Source: a virus. Taken from it: DNA of 59,849 bases. The DNA lies in IMG/VR virus record IMGVR_UViG_3300045988_094266. One strand, written 5' to 3'. Each line of letters begins with the position of its first letter. The first letter of the stretch is position 1. The notes beneath the pieces are model-generated. The model made no database searches and had not been told where the DNA came from. It saw only the letters and a program-made list of their open reading frames with translations. The translations under genes and the position numbers were made by a program. Positions 41,208-55,530 of this stretch are shown one piece after another.

Positions 41208-44200
41208 ATGAATACTGCTTCTGAATCTATCTTTTAGACGATAGATATTCTAGTTGATAAAGCACTATCAAAATTAACTTATGATAAGACTATTTCAGCA
41301 GAGATTAGTAGTATTGTTAATCTTGATAGCGGAGAGTATAAAGTTAAATATTCTGGAAATATAGTTTCTGCTTTTGCGGATGATGTAAAAAAGCAGTATA
41401 AAGTAGGGGATACTGTATATGTTACTATTCCCCAGGATGATTTATCTGCAAGAAAAAGAATTGTTTGTAAGATAAATGAACAATCATTATCATATGGAGA
41501 GATGCTGTCGCTTTCTAATTCAATAATAGAAAAAAGCCCAACATTTGATACAATGTATGATTATGACAAAGATGCGGAAAGGGGCGTCGTAGCAGGCGCA
41601 CCAGCAGATAGTGATTTAAGTTAGTAGATTATTTATAGTGGTAATGAAGAAGGATATCATGGACTATTCCAATAGTATGCAAATAACAATGAGCTTATTA
41701 GAATAAAAGCCTCTTTCTTAACTACTTTCCATTGTGAACACACCAAAGGAAATTATGGTTTAGATATATAGTTCTTTACAAAAAGTGGAGATATAGTTTC
41801 TTATAAGCTTGATTTAAGTTCTTTTAATGGAGACCCCTATCGCTTTTAGGTCTACAGCCCGCAATCTGTGGTTATTAAGGCTCAAAAAAATTATTTAACT
41901 GGACTTAAATAGATTAAGTTATTTGAAGAAAATTTTGTCTATGATCGTTATGTGGAATCTGGTGTAGTTACAGATAAAGAGAATAGAACTGTACCTAACA
42001 TTTTTGTAAAGGATATAGAGATTTAGTTTGTTGAACAGAAAGATTTAACAGATAATTTATATTATTTAGATATTTCGACCCCGCAAGGAAATTCATTTAC
42101 CAACGAGATCTCTTCTCTTGATTTAGTTGGTCGATTAATTTATTAGGGCGATAATATAATAGATGAACAAACTTGTAAATGTAAGTGGTTTGAGCGAGAT
42201 GTAAGTGTTTTGTTAGGTAGCGATTCTTACGATAAAAATGGTGGTGTAGGATGGGCTCCCGTCACAGCGTCCGAGAGCAATACGATGACACTTAAGGCTG
42301 AGCAAGTGAAACATTAGAAGTAGTATAAATTAGTGGTTATATATAATGATAGCGTAACATTGAGTGCGGAAGTAATGATATATAATTTAACAAGTAACTA
42401 TGATTTTTAGCTTAAACAAACAACAGTAGGAGAAGATATCATCATTCAAGTTTAGAACAATGCGGATAACACCGTTCTTATTGGAGATTGGTATATGCTT
42501 TATCCAGATGGAAGCTATACAGCAGTTGGATTATAGCAAAATTCCATCACAGTTACTAATTTGTTATTGTACTCTTCTGTCACTTTTATTTGTGGAGTTT
42601 ATAATAAAGAACATACCGAGATTATCTCTGTATTAGAACATCTTGTCACAAATAGCTCTTCTGAAGAAGATGTAACAATTACTTATAATGGAGAAGATAC
42701 ATTCAGATATGATGCAAATGGAGATATAGCTATTGAAGACGCTGAAAAAGAACGTACTCTTCAAGTTGTTTTAACTTGGAAAGATGGTGTAGGAACTTCT
42801 TATAAAGTAGAATGGATTGGTCCAGATGGAAAAGATATTACTAATTCAAGATATAATCCTAGCGAGTCTATGATTGAAAACCTCTGGGTTGACAATAGTA
42901 ATATTTTACATTATACTATTAAGTAGAAGTATAAAGTTAATTTTAACAATAATACTATCTTAGTTCGTATAATTACTATGGATGAGCAAGAATATTCTTT
43001 CCGAAAAGAAATTCTGTTCTTAAAAGATGGTGATTAGGGTACGAACGGTACTACGTATGTAAGTGCTATTAGACCATTTGACCCTGACACTGGATTGAAA
43101 CTATCTGGATTAACTCCATTAGTTTATAGAGATGAATCTTGGGTAAATGAATTACCTATAAGATGCTATGTATATAAAGATGGAGAATTAATCAATAATA
43201 ATGGTAATTACACCCTATCTTATAAATGGACTGGTGTTAATATTGAATTGCGGGAAGGCGAGAATGATGACCGCAAAATAGCAAGTGGTACAACATAGTT
43301 GATCTCAAATCCCGCAGGTGGATATGTAAAAGTTTAGGTAACTATTAATGACAATAAGAATAATAGAGCCTATGAAATTTACTGTAATTACCCTATTGAT
43401 GTTGCTGTTAATTTTAGTGATGATGAATTAAATAATATTGATATTAGTTCTATTCCTTCTTATATTAAATATACTGCGTCTGGTGTTAATCCATCCTTTT
43501 ATAGCAATAACATTGAATTTATTGTTAATAATTAGGATTATAGTCGCAATATTTCTTCTCTTGTAAAAGAAATTTTAACAGTTGAAGAAAAAGATAATCT
43601 TTATTATCTTGAACCTGCATCTAGTTTTATTTTTGAAGATAATAGTATTGCTTTATTAAAATGTGAATACGAAGGAAAATATATCTACCATCCCGTTATT
43701 TTATATCTTGATACATATGGCAATGAGCTAATAAATGGATGGGATGGCACATAGCTACAAATTGATGAAGAAAATGGTTAGTATATCTTAGCTCCATAGA
43801 TTGGAGCAGGAGAGAAAGATAGTTTTAATCGTTTTACTGGTGTAGTTATGGGAAAAGATAGCGTTCAAGATAAAATAGGTTTATATGGTTATAAAGCTGG
43901 AGTTAATACTTTTGGTTTAATGGAAAATGGAACAGCGTTTTTTGGAGCTAAAAGTGGTGGAGGATAGATCATTATTGATGGAACTTCAGCGAAGATTTAT
44001 GGTGGAGGGAATTCTTCAGAAGAAGGTGGGGATGCCTCTAATGGAATGACTATTACTCTTGCTGATCTTAAAGCAGATGGATCTACCGAAGCTATAAAGA
44101 TTGGCGGAGGAGCTTTTACAGTAAAATATAATGGAACTGTAAAAGCCACCAATGCAGAAGTTTCAGGGACTATTTACGCCTCTTCTGGTAAAATTGGAGG

Positions 44201-45122
44201 AACGAAAACAGGATCTAATGGTTGGACTATTGAAACCAATAGACTATATAGCGGCTCTGGCTCAACGAGAGTTGAATTAAATAGCCAATCTCCAACCAAT
44301 ACTTCTACTCCTACTAATAATAATGATTTTGCTATTTGGGCAGGAAGTGCTACAGCATCAAGTGCTAAATTTTCTGTTTCTAAAGGCGGATTAATTACTG
44401 CTAAATAGGGAAATATTGGAGGTTGGATTCTTTCTTCTAATAAGTTAACTAGTGATAATTATAGAACTGGAATAGCGAGCTCTGGTACTTATCGTTTTTG
44501 GGCAGGAGCTAGTTCTAGCAGTACGGCAGATAGACCAGTTTTCTCTGGATCTTCTTACTTTTATGTTACTAGCTCTGGAGAAATGTAGTGTAAAAATGCA
44601 ACGATTAATGGTTCAATTTATGCAGATGACGGTGAGATTGGTGGCTGGATTATCAGTTCAAATAGAATTTCTGGAGGAAGAACTACACTATATTCAAATG
44701 GTAGAATTGTGTGTGATGATTTTGAATCAGACAATGTAGATATTAGCGGAGATATTAATGCAACTACTTTGACTTGTGATAATGGTGAGATTGGTGGCTG
44801 GATTATCAGTGAAAGCGGATTGGAAAATGGTGCCACAAGACTATATAATGGTTTAGTTTAGACGAATCAAGTAGATATATTTTTAGATAATCGTTGGAGA
44901 AATAAGCTGGGAACTTTAGGATATGTTGAAGGAGAAGATGATTATGGTCCTACTGAGAATATTGGTATTCTTACTGAACGAGGAGATCATAGTATTATTT
45001 TAAAATCTTCTAGAAACATAGCTCTACGAACAGAAGGTGGCGGAATATGGATAACTGGAGGAAGTCTAAATGTAAATGTTTCTAAAGAAAATTAGCACGG
45101 TATCTATGCCCAATTTGCGTAA
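41208..45122 (+). CDS. Large tail/baseplate protein with C-terminal repeated (I/L)GGWI motifs (TAG-containing)
   Basis: AAAGGAGG RBS. About 1300 codons with track ORFs in the same frame. Repeats include GNIGGWILSSNKL, DGEIGGWIISSNRI and NGEIGGWIISESGL. Confidence 0.45.
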
Positions 45123-45136
45123 GGAGTTGATAGTAT

Positions 45137-45877
45137 ATGGGTTCTGTAACTTTACATTCTCCTTCTTACTCTAGTGTTGGATAGAGATATGCTTCAATAA
45201 GTTGTACTGCGGTAGGATGGGTGTATCCAAGTGATTCCGGAACGACCACTACTGGAGATAGTAAAAATGGTTCTAGAACTACTATTTCTTATAGCAATAC
45301 AGTATGGAGTTGGAGCTTTAGCGATGGAGGCAGCTCTAGTTCAAAAGAACCAACTCATAATTTTACTGGCTTAACCGCGGGAAGGGCAAACACAGTTAGA
45401 GGTACATTAAGTGCTAGATGTACGAAAACTACTACTGTAACTCGATGGTCTACCCATAGAGAAGAAGTAGGAAAAGACGAAAATGGGAATCCAATATATG
45501 AAGATGTAACAACAACTACTGGGCCAACTACGTCTAGGACAACAGTTAGTTTAGGATCTGCATCTGATAGTGTAACTGTATATACGCAACCAACTAGCTT
45601 TTCTTTTGGATGCAGTCCTGGAGATTATATAGCAGATTATGCTACAGCCAGCAAATGGAATTAGTTAGCTGACTAGGTTGGTAAATATAAAAGTTGGAGA
45701 AACTAGTCAAATCAGTATTCTTCATACAATAATTTAAAAGTTTCTCGTGGTGATTGGATAACTGCGAGTGTTTATAATTCTATGGCATCTGCTTGCGGGA
45801 CTTCAAGAGTTACCGCAGATAAAACTTTGATTAGTGCAGCTTTATTTGAAGCTTTAGCAGATGCGGTTTCACCATAA
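45137..45877 (+). CDS. Hypothetical tail protein (TAG-containing)
   Basis: AAGGAG RBS. Thr/Ser-rich. Confidence 0.4.
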
Positions 45878-45897
45878 GAGAAAAAGGAGTCTTAATT

Positions 45898-46269
45898 ATG
45901 AAAATGTTAAACAAGGATATTTTGGAAGCAGTTGAGAATTTAAATTCTACAATACAAGATTGCTCACTTCTTCCCGCGAGTGTATCATATGCAGTAATAA
46001 GAAATTTTAAAATTCTTTCTCCTATTGCTGAGGATATTTATAACGAACGAAAAAAGATTATTGAAAGATATGGAGAAAAAGTTGATGATATAACCTATTA
46101 GATTTCAGAGGAGAAAAGGGAAGCGGCTAATCAAGAATTAAATGCTTTATTGGCGGTTAATACTAGCGTTCCATTAGCGACTTTTTCTATTGATATTTTA
46201 TAGGGGTATGATATTCCTTTAAAAGTTATGAATACTCTATATTTTATGGTGGAGGCTGACGAGGAGTAA
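45898..46269 (+). CDS. Hypothetical protein (TAG-containing)
   Basis: The 67-codon track ORF extends through 2 TAGs to a TAA. Confidence 0.35.
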
Positions 46270-46281
46270 AACTCGTCAGCC
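46254..46281 (+). other. Hairpin GGCTGACGAG/CTCGTCAGCC overlapping the stop codon
   Basis: Read directly. Confidence 0.4.
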
Positions 46282-46354
46282 TCTTGGCCAATTATATTTA
46301 TAAAAAATATAAGATTTTTTAAATATTTTAGATGAGAAAAAGGAGGCGTTAATT

Positions 46355-49141
46355 ATGCCAATTAGTATTTATCCGCCTACTTTGTAGAGTACATAGCCAG
46401 CATTTCTTTCTAGCGTGAACGTATATTAGATAAATTTTACGCTATAGCCAATTACGTCTTTTAATGACATAGGTCATGTACAAGTGCGGCTAGTTCGTTA
46501 GTCTAATAATAAAAGTATTGTAAATACAGACCAATATCCAGATGGAACTATTTATAAAGCTCCTTCTGCGATAGGGTCTTTAGGAAATCAATATTTTGTA
46601 TCAATTAATAGAAGCGAATTAGCCGAATCTTGGTAGCCAGGCTATTTATACAAAGTACAAATGCGTTTTGGTATAAATCCAATGTATACTTCGTTATCAG
46701 AATTTGCCACTTGGAAACAATAGCAGATAGATGCGGGAGCCTTTTCTGAATGGTCTACTGTAATGATAATCAAGGCTATAGATACACCAATTATTAAAAT
46801 AGAAAACGATGAAGCTAAACGAGAAGATGTTATATCTACTGAAAGAATAGAGGCAACTCTTACTCCTTTGTTTATAGGAAGCTTTAATATTAGCTCTGCT
46901 AGTAATGAATTATTGGATAGATATAAATTTGATTTGTATGAAGGAGCCTCTAAAGATCCTAATTATTTACTTGAAACATCTGGATGGTTATAGCACAATG
47001 GTTCTATTAATAATACCGATACTTATAGATTTAAAACCGTGTTAACCAATAATAAAAGCTATACAGTAGTCTACTCTATTATTACTATTAATGAATATGA
47101 AGGAGAATCAGAGCCTTATAATTTTTCAGTTAATAGGACCTATTTGGGAGATTTAGAGGGAGTATCTATTAGAGTTGAAGATAATGATGTATATTGTCGA
47201 GAAAATGGTTGTATAAAAATATTTTGTACCGCTAAAAATGGACTTAGTGGTAGTTATGTAATAACAAGAAGTTCTGAAAAAAGTAATTATTAGATATGGG
47301 AAGATTTAAAATATCTTAAATTTTCTAATCAAGTATTAAATGATTCAGTTATTCATGTTGATTTTGCTATTGAAAGTGGTATAAGATATAAATATGCCAT
47401 ACAATAGGAAAATTCAGCAGGGTTGCGGACTTCTTAGGTATATGATACAAGTAACCAAGGTAGAAGTGTTGATTTCCAATATAGCTATATTTATAGGGAT
47501 AATATATAGTTAAAGTTATCTCTTAATTAGACATTATCCAGCTTTAAACATACTACTTTAAGAAGTAAACAAGATACCTTAGGAAGTAAATATCCTCATT
47601 TGGTTTAGAATGGTAAGGCTTATTATGCAGAGTTTCCAATTTCTGGATTAATAAGTTTTTAGATGGATGAAGATTAGACATTTTTCTCTTTAAAAGATGA
47701 TGGACTTTATTACAATAATGAATTAGTAATTCCCAAAGACAAATTTATTAAAAACAATGTAACCAGAGGAAAATGTCAAGAGAAGTAGGAAACTTATTCT
47801 GAAGTTTCTACAGATGAAAATAAATTATCTATCTCAACTAGTTTAACAAATGATAATATTTTTATTGAAAGAATATTTAGAGAAAAAGTGGAAGAATTTT
47901 TAAATGATTTTAATTATAAGCTCTTTAAATCTTCTACCGAAGGAAATATAATTATAGGCTTGCTGAATGTATCTTTGACTCCGAATAATACGGTCGGCCG
48001 CATGATTTACTCCTTTTCTGCTACTGCGTATGAAGTTTTAGAGAATACCATAGAAAATTTAAATGAAGTTAATATAATAAATATTGGTAAATTTGAAAGT
48101 TTGGCTAGCGAAGATAGAATAAATTCTTTCGGATAGTTAAGTGGAATTTATGGTAGAAATATAGATTTATATGCGAAGATAAGAGAGCAGGAAGAGGTTA
48201 GTATAGGCGGAGGATATAAACTTAATTTAATTCAAGTTACAGATATTTAGATTGAGCAATATCCAAAAATAGATTTGACTGCACGATTACTAGAATTAGA
48301 AGCTCTTAAATCTGAAGCCGCGGGAGATGACGAGGATACTTCTGAATATGATAGACAGATTTAGGAATGTAAAGATTTGATTCTCGCTCTTGATGGCCCT
48401 GAATCCGCAACTATCGAAATTAATGTTAATGGTTCAAGAATTTTAGTTGCTCCAAATAGAGTTTATCATTTAAATGAAAATGTAAATTCTTTATCTTTGT
48501 CCGCGTCTAGCGTTCCTATTGTTGTAAACTATGTTTGCTAGTTGAATTAGGTTGAGGACGTTTCTGTTGGAGTCGTTTCTGCTATTGATGCTTCTCGCAT
48601 TTGGGGATAGATTTCTGGAATTTTTACTGGTACAGATGGAGTTTTAAAATTCTATAATTACGATTATAGAAACAGTGAAACTTATCGTATATTTAGTAAT
48701 GTTCCACCAAATATGGAAAAGTTTTTAGTCAAGGATAAATAGGGAGATACTATTGTTGATAATACAACCTTTAATCTATATAAAACCATTAATATTTATG
48801 AGATAATAAAAGAAGAAACATAGAAACAAGTTGAGCTTATATATAATACTCATTTCGAGTTAAATGATGATGGATAGTTGACAGATGGCGAGATTTATTA
48901 TACTTTTAGTGATATTGTTTTACTTGATATTGAGGCGGATGAAGGAACTACCCTTTTAATTAGTTCTAGTCCAGATGGAAGTAATCCGTCTATTATAAAG
49001 ATTGGTCCAACTGGAAGGTATACTCTTAATCCATTAGATAATATGGTTAAATATATAGCTTTAGAAAGTGCTTAGTTTTGTGTAATAAATTATAAATGTT
49101 TAACAAATCAAATGCGCATGAAGGTGGAATAGTATTATGTT
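46355..49141 (+). CDS. Large baseplate/tail structural protein (TAG-containing, about 928 codons)
   Basis: AAAGGAGG RBS. Track ORFs 46763, 47039, 47888 and 48878 all lie in the same frame. Confidence 0.4.
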
Positions 49142-51041
49142 TGATTATTTAAATGATATGGATTTCCTTGTAGCTCTTGATAAATTAAATATTAAAACTC
49201 ATTACGCAAAAATTATTTTACTTTCTTTTGATGAAAAACCTATTAGAGAAATATAGGGTAACATAACTGCTGGTAGTTTAAGTGTTAATGGATCGTCCTC
49301 TGTTCGTAGAACAATTAACCTAACTATGTTAGCTAATGAGAATAATAGCGATATTGAAAATATAGATAATGAGATTTCAATAAATAAGAAGGTTAAAGTT
49401 TTTGTTGGATATAATAATCCCTTAAAATCTTATGCAAATTATGGTGACATAATTTGGTTCCCTTGTGGATTGTTTGTTTTATCTAACGCATCGGTAGCAA
49501 GATCCACTTCTGGATGGACAATCTCTATAAGTGGAAAAGATAAAATGTGTTTACTTGATGGAACCGCAGGAGGGACATTTCCAGGCTCTATAACCTTTCA
49601 TGAAAGTTATATATAGAAAAAAGATGGAGATATAGAAATTGTATATCCAACTATCTTTCAAATTATATATGAAGCAGTCAACCATTGGGGCGGAGAGGCT
49701 ATAACAAATATTATTATTACTGACATAGAAGAAACTTGTAAGATGTTGGTTAAATATATAGGAGATAAACCCATATATTTTAGCAATAATTATGAAAGTA
49801 TGGACTTTTCTCCAAGCGCTGATTTTCCTCATATGATAAGTTATGGATAGGATGCTGGATATAGAGAAACTGAATTTACTTATCCGGGAGAATTAATTTT
49901 AGATGCTGGAGATACTGTAACTACTCTATTAGATAAAATAGTTGAAGTTCTTGGAAATTTTGAGTATTTTTATGATATAGATGGTCGCTTTATCTTTTAG
50001 GAGATAAAGAATTATCTTAATACTGGAAGTCCTTTAACAGAGTTATCTCCAGAAAATTATGTAAAGAGCTATAATAATGCTAAGTTTTTATACTCTTTAA
50101 CCGATCTTGATACTACTACAGCCATAACCCGCAGTCCAAAGTTTGATAATATAAAAAATGATTTTTATGTTTGGGGGAAGAGAACCACTACATCTGGAAT
50201 AGAAGTTGATATTAGGTATCATCTTGCTATTGATACTAAACCAATAATTGACTTAGCAGGATATTATATGTGGGCTGTGAGTGATAAAGAGACGGGATTA
50301 ATTATAAGATATGATTTTAATAATATATCTTCTGATTATTCAATATCAGGATATGAAGTAGAATTAGTTGGATCTCCGTGCGATGAGTGGAGAGAGGAAT
50401 TATATCGTAGAGCATTAAACGCACAAGTAACAAATAGTGTATATGATAATTATTATGACTCTGAATTAATCGCCGAATGGCGCAATTTATATAATCCACT
50501 AAATGAGAAATGGGATGAATATAATCATTGGAATCCAGATGTATTTAATAATCCAGGAAATCTAAACTATTGGCTAGATTTTATAGATATCGGTTCAGAA
50601 ATTGGAAAATATTCAATAAATGAGATAGGTAGAAGGACTAAAATAATTAATAGTTCTGATATAACTTCCGTATATAATATAGAAGCTCCTGATATTATAT
50701 TTATTGAAGGATTAGACCAGGATTTGATAGCAGAATATAGAGGAATTGGTTAGAGATTTTTTGTTCTTACTTCTGAGTATTATAATTTATTTTCAATAAG
50801 CTCCACAAATGCGAGTTGTTTTGATAAAATTAGAGAAATGTTGTATTAGAATTTAAATTATAATACAACTATATCCATTACTTGTTTACCAAAATATTAT
50901 ATGGAACCAAACAATATTCTTTATGTTGAAGATAAAGACAGTGGACTTAGTGGAAATTATTAGATAACCCAATTCACTTTACCTCTTTCATATAATGGAA
51001 CTATGAGTATTATAGCCACGGAAGTATTAACAAGAGTATAA
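49137..51041 (+). CDS. Tail/baseplate structural protein (TAG-containing, about 634 codons)
   Basis: Its start overlaps the previous stop. Track ORFs 49326 and 50268 are in frame with it. Confidence 0.4.
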
Positions 51042-51057
51042 GGAGGAGTAGGAGATA

Positions 51058-51648
51058 ATGCCAACTGTTGGTCAAATATATTATAATGTAATAGATAACA
51101 ACAGTGGTAGTTATGTTTCTAGTGGGTAGAATATATTCAGTGATATTGTTGTCCAAGTGGGGGCCTCTCAATTTAATAAAGTTGGAGTATAGGCTCCTGC
51201 TGGGACTAAGATAGTTATGAATGAATCAAAAACTATTATGGTTGGTAGAACTGGAATATATGAACTAGATGATGACATAGCTATTACTAATATGTATTTT
51301 ATTAGACCTAGAAAGTATGAGAAAGACGAAGAAGCATCTCAGTAGGCTATTGAACAAGGAACTGCGGGAATGCAAGCCGCAGATAAAAAAAGGAGTGAAG
51401 ATTTGGAGAGATTTTATAAAGAAAATCCAGATATGCCAGATCAAGATACCGATCCAGAAGGATATAAGGCTTATTGGGACGCATATAATAATATTCAGAC
51501 TGCTTATATAGAGGCTTATTAGACAGCATTAAGCTTATATAATCAGGGGGTAAATGGCATTTATGTACTACCAAATCCTGATAATGTTGATGCTCCAGAA
51601 AATTATTAGGATTTATATAATGTCATTATTGACTTTATTTATGTATAA
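51058..51648 (+). CDS. Hypothetical protein (TAG-containing)
   Basis: GGAGGAG RBS. Contains 5 TAGs. Confidence 0.35.
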
Positions 51649-51662
51649 GGAGGTGTCAAACT

Positions 51663-53573
51663 ATGGAGAGTTTCTATGGAGGACCTAAAGGTATAGATTT
51701 TGAAATTAAGCAAATCTTTACTAGTAAATATTAGATGGATAGAGATTTAACAAAGGGTTGGACATCTTCTATTTTCCCTGGAGATTTCGTTATTGTATCA
51801 TATGGTTTGCCAAGTGATGCAAATTATGATATTTATAAGAATGAAGATTTATAGAATTATGGTAAAAGTTATAACTCTACCCTTTGGAAAAAAGTTTTTA
51901 ATGATAAAGATGGAAGTGGGTCTGCGGGCGGCCTAAGCTATGAGATGCAGGCTTCCATGACAGGAAATACACCAAGAATTAGCTTACATGATACAGAAGT
52001 TCTTGATGCCGATGAAGATCCAAATGTAGTTTGGGATAATACAGATTTAGATAGATTGTGGCTAACTTTTTAGTTACCTTAGAGTCAAAACATTCAATTA
52101 GGCGAAACAACTGTTCTAGATTGCAATAAAAATCCTAGTGCGGAATTAGATACAACAGATATAAATAATCCAAGTTTAAAATTATCCTTGCCGCAATCGC
52201 AGGTTATTGAGACGGCATTAGTTGAATTATTAAATGTTGGGGAAGAGCCTACAGTATCCTTAGAAACGTCTGGTTCTTATTCTATAAATAGACCGGCAAT
52301 TAAATTCCAATTACCTGTATCTCAATCATTATAGGAAGGAACTACAACAGTTCTTGATTCTAATGAAACACCATATTTTGAGATAAATTTTGATGATATA
52401 AATAAGCCAGTTATTAATTTCTTTTTACCTCAAAGCTAGGTAATGGGAAATCCAGAGACTATTATTGTGGGTCCAGAGGAAAACCCATCAGTTTAGATAG
52501 ATAATACTAATATTAATTCTCCGGTATTAAAATTTAGTTTACCAGAATCTATTAAGTTTTATTATGGTGAACTATTAGGGGAAAGAACTGCTGGGACTTA
52601 TGAAGAAACGAATGAAGCTTTTGCAGATTATAATATTGGTGATTATTATATTAATGCACCGACCGGTTTTATTTACAAGGTAACAAAGAAGTAGGGTACA
52701 ACTTGCACTTTCCAATATGTTGCTTGTATTTAGTCTCCATTACCTGAAATAGAAGTAACAAAATTAGATCCTTATACAAATGGTGGTAGCGAGTATGAAC
52801 CAACTGCACCTACTGTAGTAAGAGAATTTACTAATACGGAAGAAACCGCTTGGAAACTTGTCTTTGGGCTGCCATCCGCGGTTAAATATGGAGTTTCTTT
52901 TGATTTTATAGGAATTGATGAAGAGGGATCTATCTCTAGTAAGATTATTTCTTCTGATACAGTAAATCTTGATTTCTAGATTCCAAGAGGATCTAAATTA
53001 TTTGCTGGATTAGCTGTTTCTGATACATCTTTAAATGTTACTGTTGATGGAGCTAAAACAGGAGATTTGTATTTAAATACTGATACAGGAGATATTTATT
53101 CATTAAGCTCTAATGGAACATGGGTTAAGAATAAAGGAAACTTAAAAGGTCCTGTTGGAGAAGCTCTTAAAATAGTTAAAAGTTACACTATTAACGAAAC
53201 TGAAACAATTAAGGATTCTTTATAGAATGGCGTAAATTACATCGAAGAAAATTACGATGGAGAAATCAGCGCAGAGGATATTTTCTCTATTACTTGGGTT
53301 GAATATGAGACTAATTAGGAAACTTCTTATTGGTATTATAAAGCAGCCGATGGAGTATGGGGAAGAGTTCAACTAACCGGAGGTATTGCTAACCTTATTG
53401 ATAATGATTATAATAATGAAGATGGTGGAGAGGTAACAAATAAAACTTATAGCGTTCATTATATCAACACTTTAATCGGTGGAGCTATTACAAATAAAGA
53501 TAGATAGACATATTCTGCCGAATAGATAGAAGAGTTGTTATCTTGGGGAAGTTTTAGTGATTTAATACCTTAA
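51663..53573 (+). CDS. Tail fiber/baseplate protein with four tandem ~35-aa 'LPxSQ' repeats (TAG-containing)
   Basis: GGAGG RBS. Repeat units include NNPSLKLSLPQSQV, NRPAIKFQLPVSQS, NKPVINFFLPQSQV and NSPVLKFSLPESIK. Confidence 0.4.
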
Positions 53574-53606
53574 TTTATATTTAGAGAGTATAAAGGAGGG
53601 CCTAAA

Positions 53607-54389
53607 ATGGCTTTATTTAAGATTTTTCGAGGACCAGAAGATAATTTGAATAGTGTACCTCTTCATGAAGGATACGCTTATTTCACAGAAGATAAAGGAA
53701 ATCTCTTTATTGATATTAGTAATGAAGAAGGTGGACGTTTGCAGGTAAATGCTTATGCTGCTCAAGTTCTAAAGAATGATATTACTGAGATTGATATTGA
53801 TGATATTTTTCTTAAAAATATGACTGCCACTGTAGCTCAGGGCGGAACTGGACATAATAGTCTAACTGTAAATGCTTTATTAATTGGTAATGGAACTAAT
53901 GCGGTAAAGATGGTTGAAATTGCGGCTGGTTAGGTTGTTATCGGAAATAGCGAGAATGGTGTAACAGGATTGCAAGGAACTGGCGCTTTATTTGCCGCTA
54001 CAGCTGGCGCTCCGCAATTTGGAACGCTTCCAATTTCAGTTGGTGGAACCGGGGCAATTAATGCAGCAGGGGCGAGAACTAATTTAGATGTGTATAGCAA
54101 ATTGGAAACAGATAACTAGATTAGTGGAAGTACTACGGCAGCTTATCCAGCAACTCTTTCTGCATCAGGTTGGGTATTAAATGAAGATATGTATACATAT
54201 ACTTATTCCAATACTTCTTTAACTTGCGGAAAAGCAGGTAATGTGCCACCTATTATTAGTTATACTTCTAATCTTGAAGAGTATAGTAAAATTGATCACG
54301 CTGATGCATCAGTTGGGGTTGGAATTACCTTTTATACAAAAGAAAAACCAACAAATGATATTGCTATTATTATCATTGATGTAAAATAA
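53607..54389 (+). CDS. Tail fiber protein (1-2 in-frame TAGs)
   Basis: The N-terminus KIFRGPEDNLNSVPLHEGYAYFTEDKGNLFIDI is a common phage fiber N-terminal motif. Downstream it is Gly-rich. Confidence 0.5.
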
Positions 54390-54438
54390 AAAAATGGGGA
54401 GAACCTTAATTTCAAAGGTTCTCCCCATTTTTTATTTC
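54386..54438. terminator. Strong bidirectional terminator at the point where the two strands' genes converge
   Basis: TGGGGAGAACC-ttaatttcaaa-GGTTCTCCCCA flanked by an A8 run and a T6ATTT run. Confidence 0.7.
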
Positions 54439-54533
54439 TCGCAAGGAGGTTTACTATATAAATGATAATGCGGTTTTTCTTCTCCAAACCATTTCCATCT
54501 TAGGTAGTCGTCTAATACTATTGCCAAAAGGCT

Positions 54534-54890
54534 TAAAAAGAACCAGGCGATAGAGAATGGTAAACAAATCTACCCCATAAAATTCAATGGAATATGAGAA
54601 TAATCCCAAATACCTAAGCCTAGTTTTACATTTAATACTAGACCAAAAATTAATTCTAAAGCAGTTATAATTAAAGAGCCTTTTATTCCTTGAGTAAGAA
54701 TGGATTCTTCCCAAAGAATGTTCTCATTCATTAGTCCTATCAATAAAAAACATAAACCGCCTAATAAGAACATAGACCAATGACAGGTTCCAAGACTGAT
54801 AAAAGTTTTATAGAGGAGCTCTATACCGTAATATAGAGTTCCTCCAACCGCGAATAGAATTATATTTTTACTTACTGTCGGTATCTTCAT
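54534..54890 (-). CDS. Small polytopic membrane protein (holin-like?) with one in-frame TAG
   Basis: Three to four hydrophobic segments. The 106-codon track ORF is extended by 11 codons through a TAG. Confidence 0.4.
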
Positions 54891-55530
54891 ATTTTAACTC
54901 AATAGCTTTTAATTTATCTATCGAATCAGCTTCGAATATCTAAGTTTTATATTCTTGCATTAAATGATATTTAGGATATACCGCATTTGAAATAGCTAAA
55001 CTTAGAGCGGATAATTGCTCTAAACTCCATGGCACACATTCTTCGTGTCGAGCGTGCCACTCAAGCGTAGGATTTTCTACTTCAGCCGCGAGAGCGACTT
55101 GATATTGATTGAGATTTAAGCTAATCTCAGACTGGTCCTCCTACGTAATTCCATATTCTTTTCCATCAACCCAAGTTAGTGGGTGGGCAGCAAGATACTC
55201 TGCGAATAATTTCTTGTTTTCCTCTTGTTTGTCATACTTTGCCTAATCTAAATCAGAAGTGAATGTTCCATCTTCTTGATTATATATTGAATAATTAGGA
55301 GTAACATCTGATGGAATTGTTTCTATCTCTAATACTTTTACAGCATTAGATTGATTTAATACATCGGCTTTAATTAGAGTATAATGTGTATCTCCATTTG
55401 AGCCGATAACCCCAGTTCCCTCTTCTTCCTCGCAGGCAACGACAATACCATTTGAGGATTGCAGTTTAATGTAACGTGCTTCTGAAAGAATATCAACTAC
55501 TACATTCTCTCTATTTAATAGAATATACAT
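54868..55530 (-). CDS. Hypothetical protein (3 in-frame TAGs)
   Basis: The 95-codon track ORF extends in frame to a TAA at 54868. Its ATG overlaps the TAA of the RT extension. Confidence 0.35.

Noticed and set aside
16054-54389. Reading the TAG-broken frames as pseudogenes or a degraded prophage
   Set aside because: The interruptions are exclusively TAG across 38 kb. Frames are otherwise intact with proper RBSs and TAA/TGA terminators. The most highly expressed genes are selectively TAG-free. Decay would produce all three stop codons and frameshifts.
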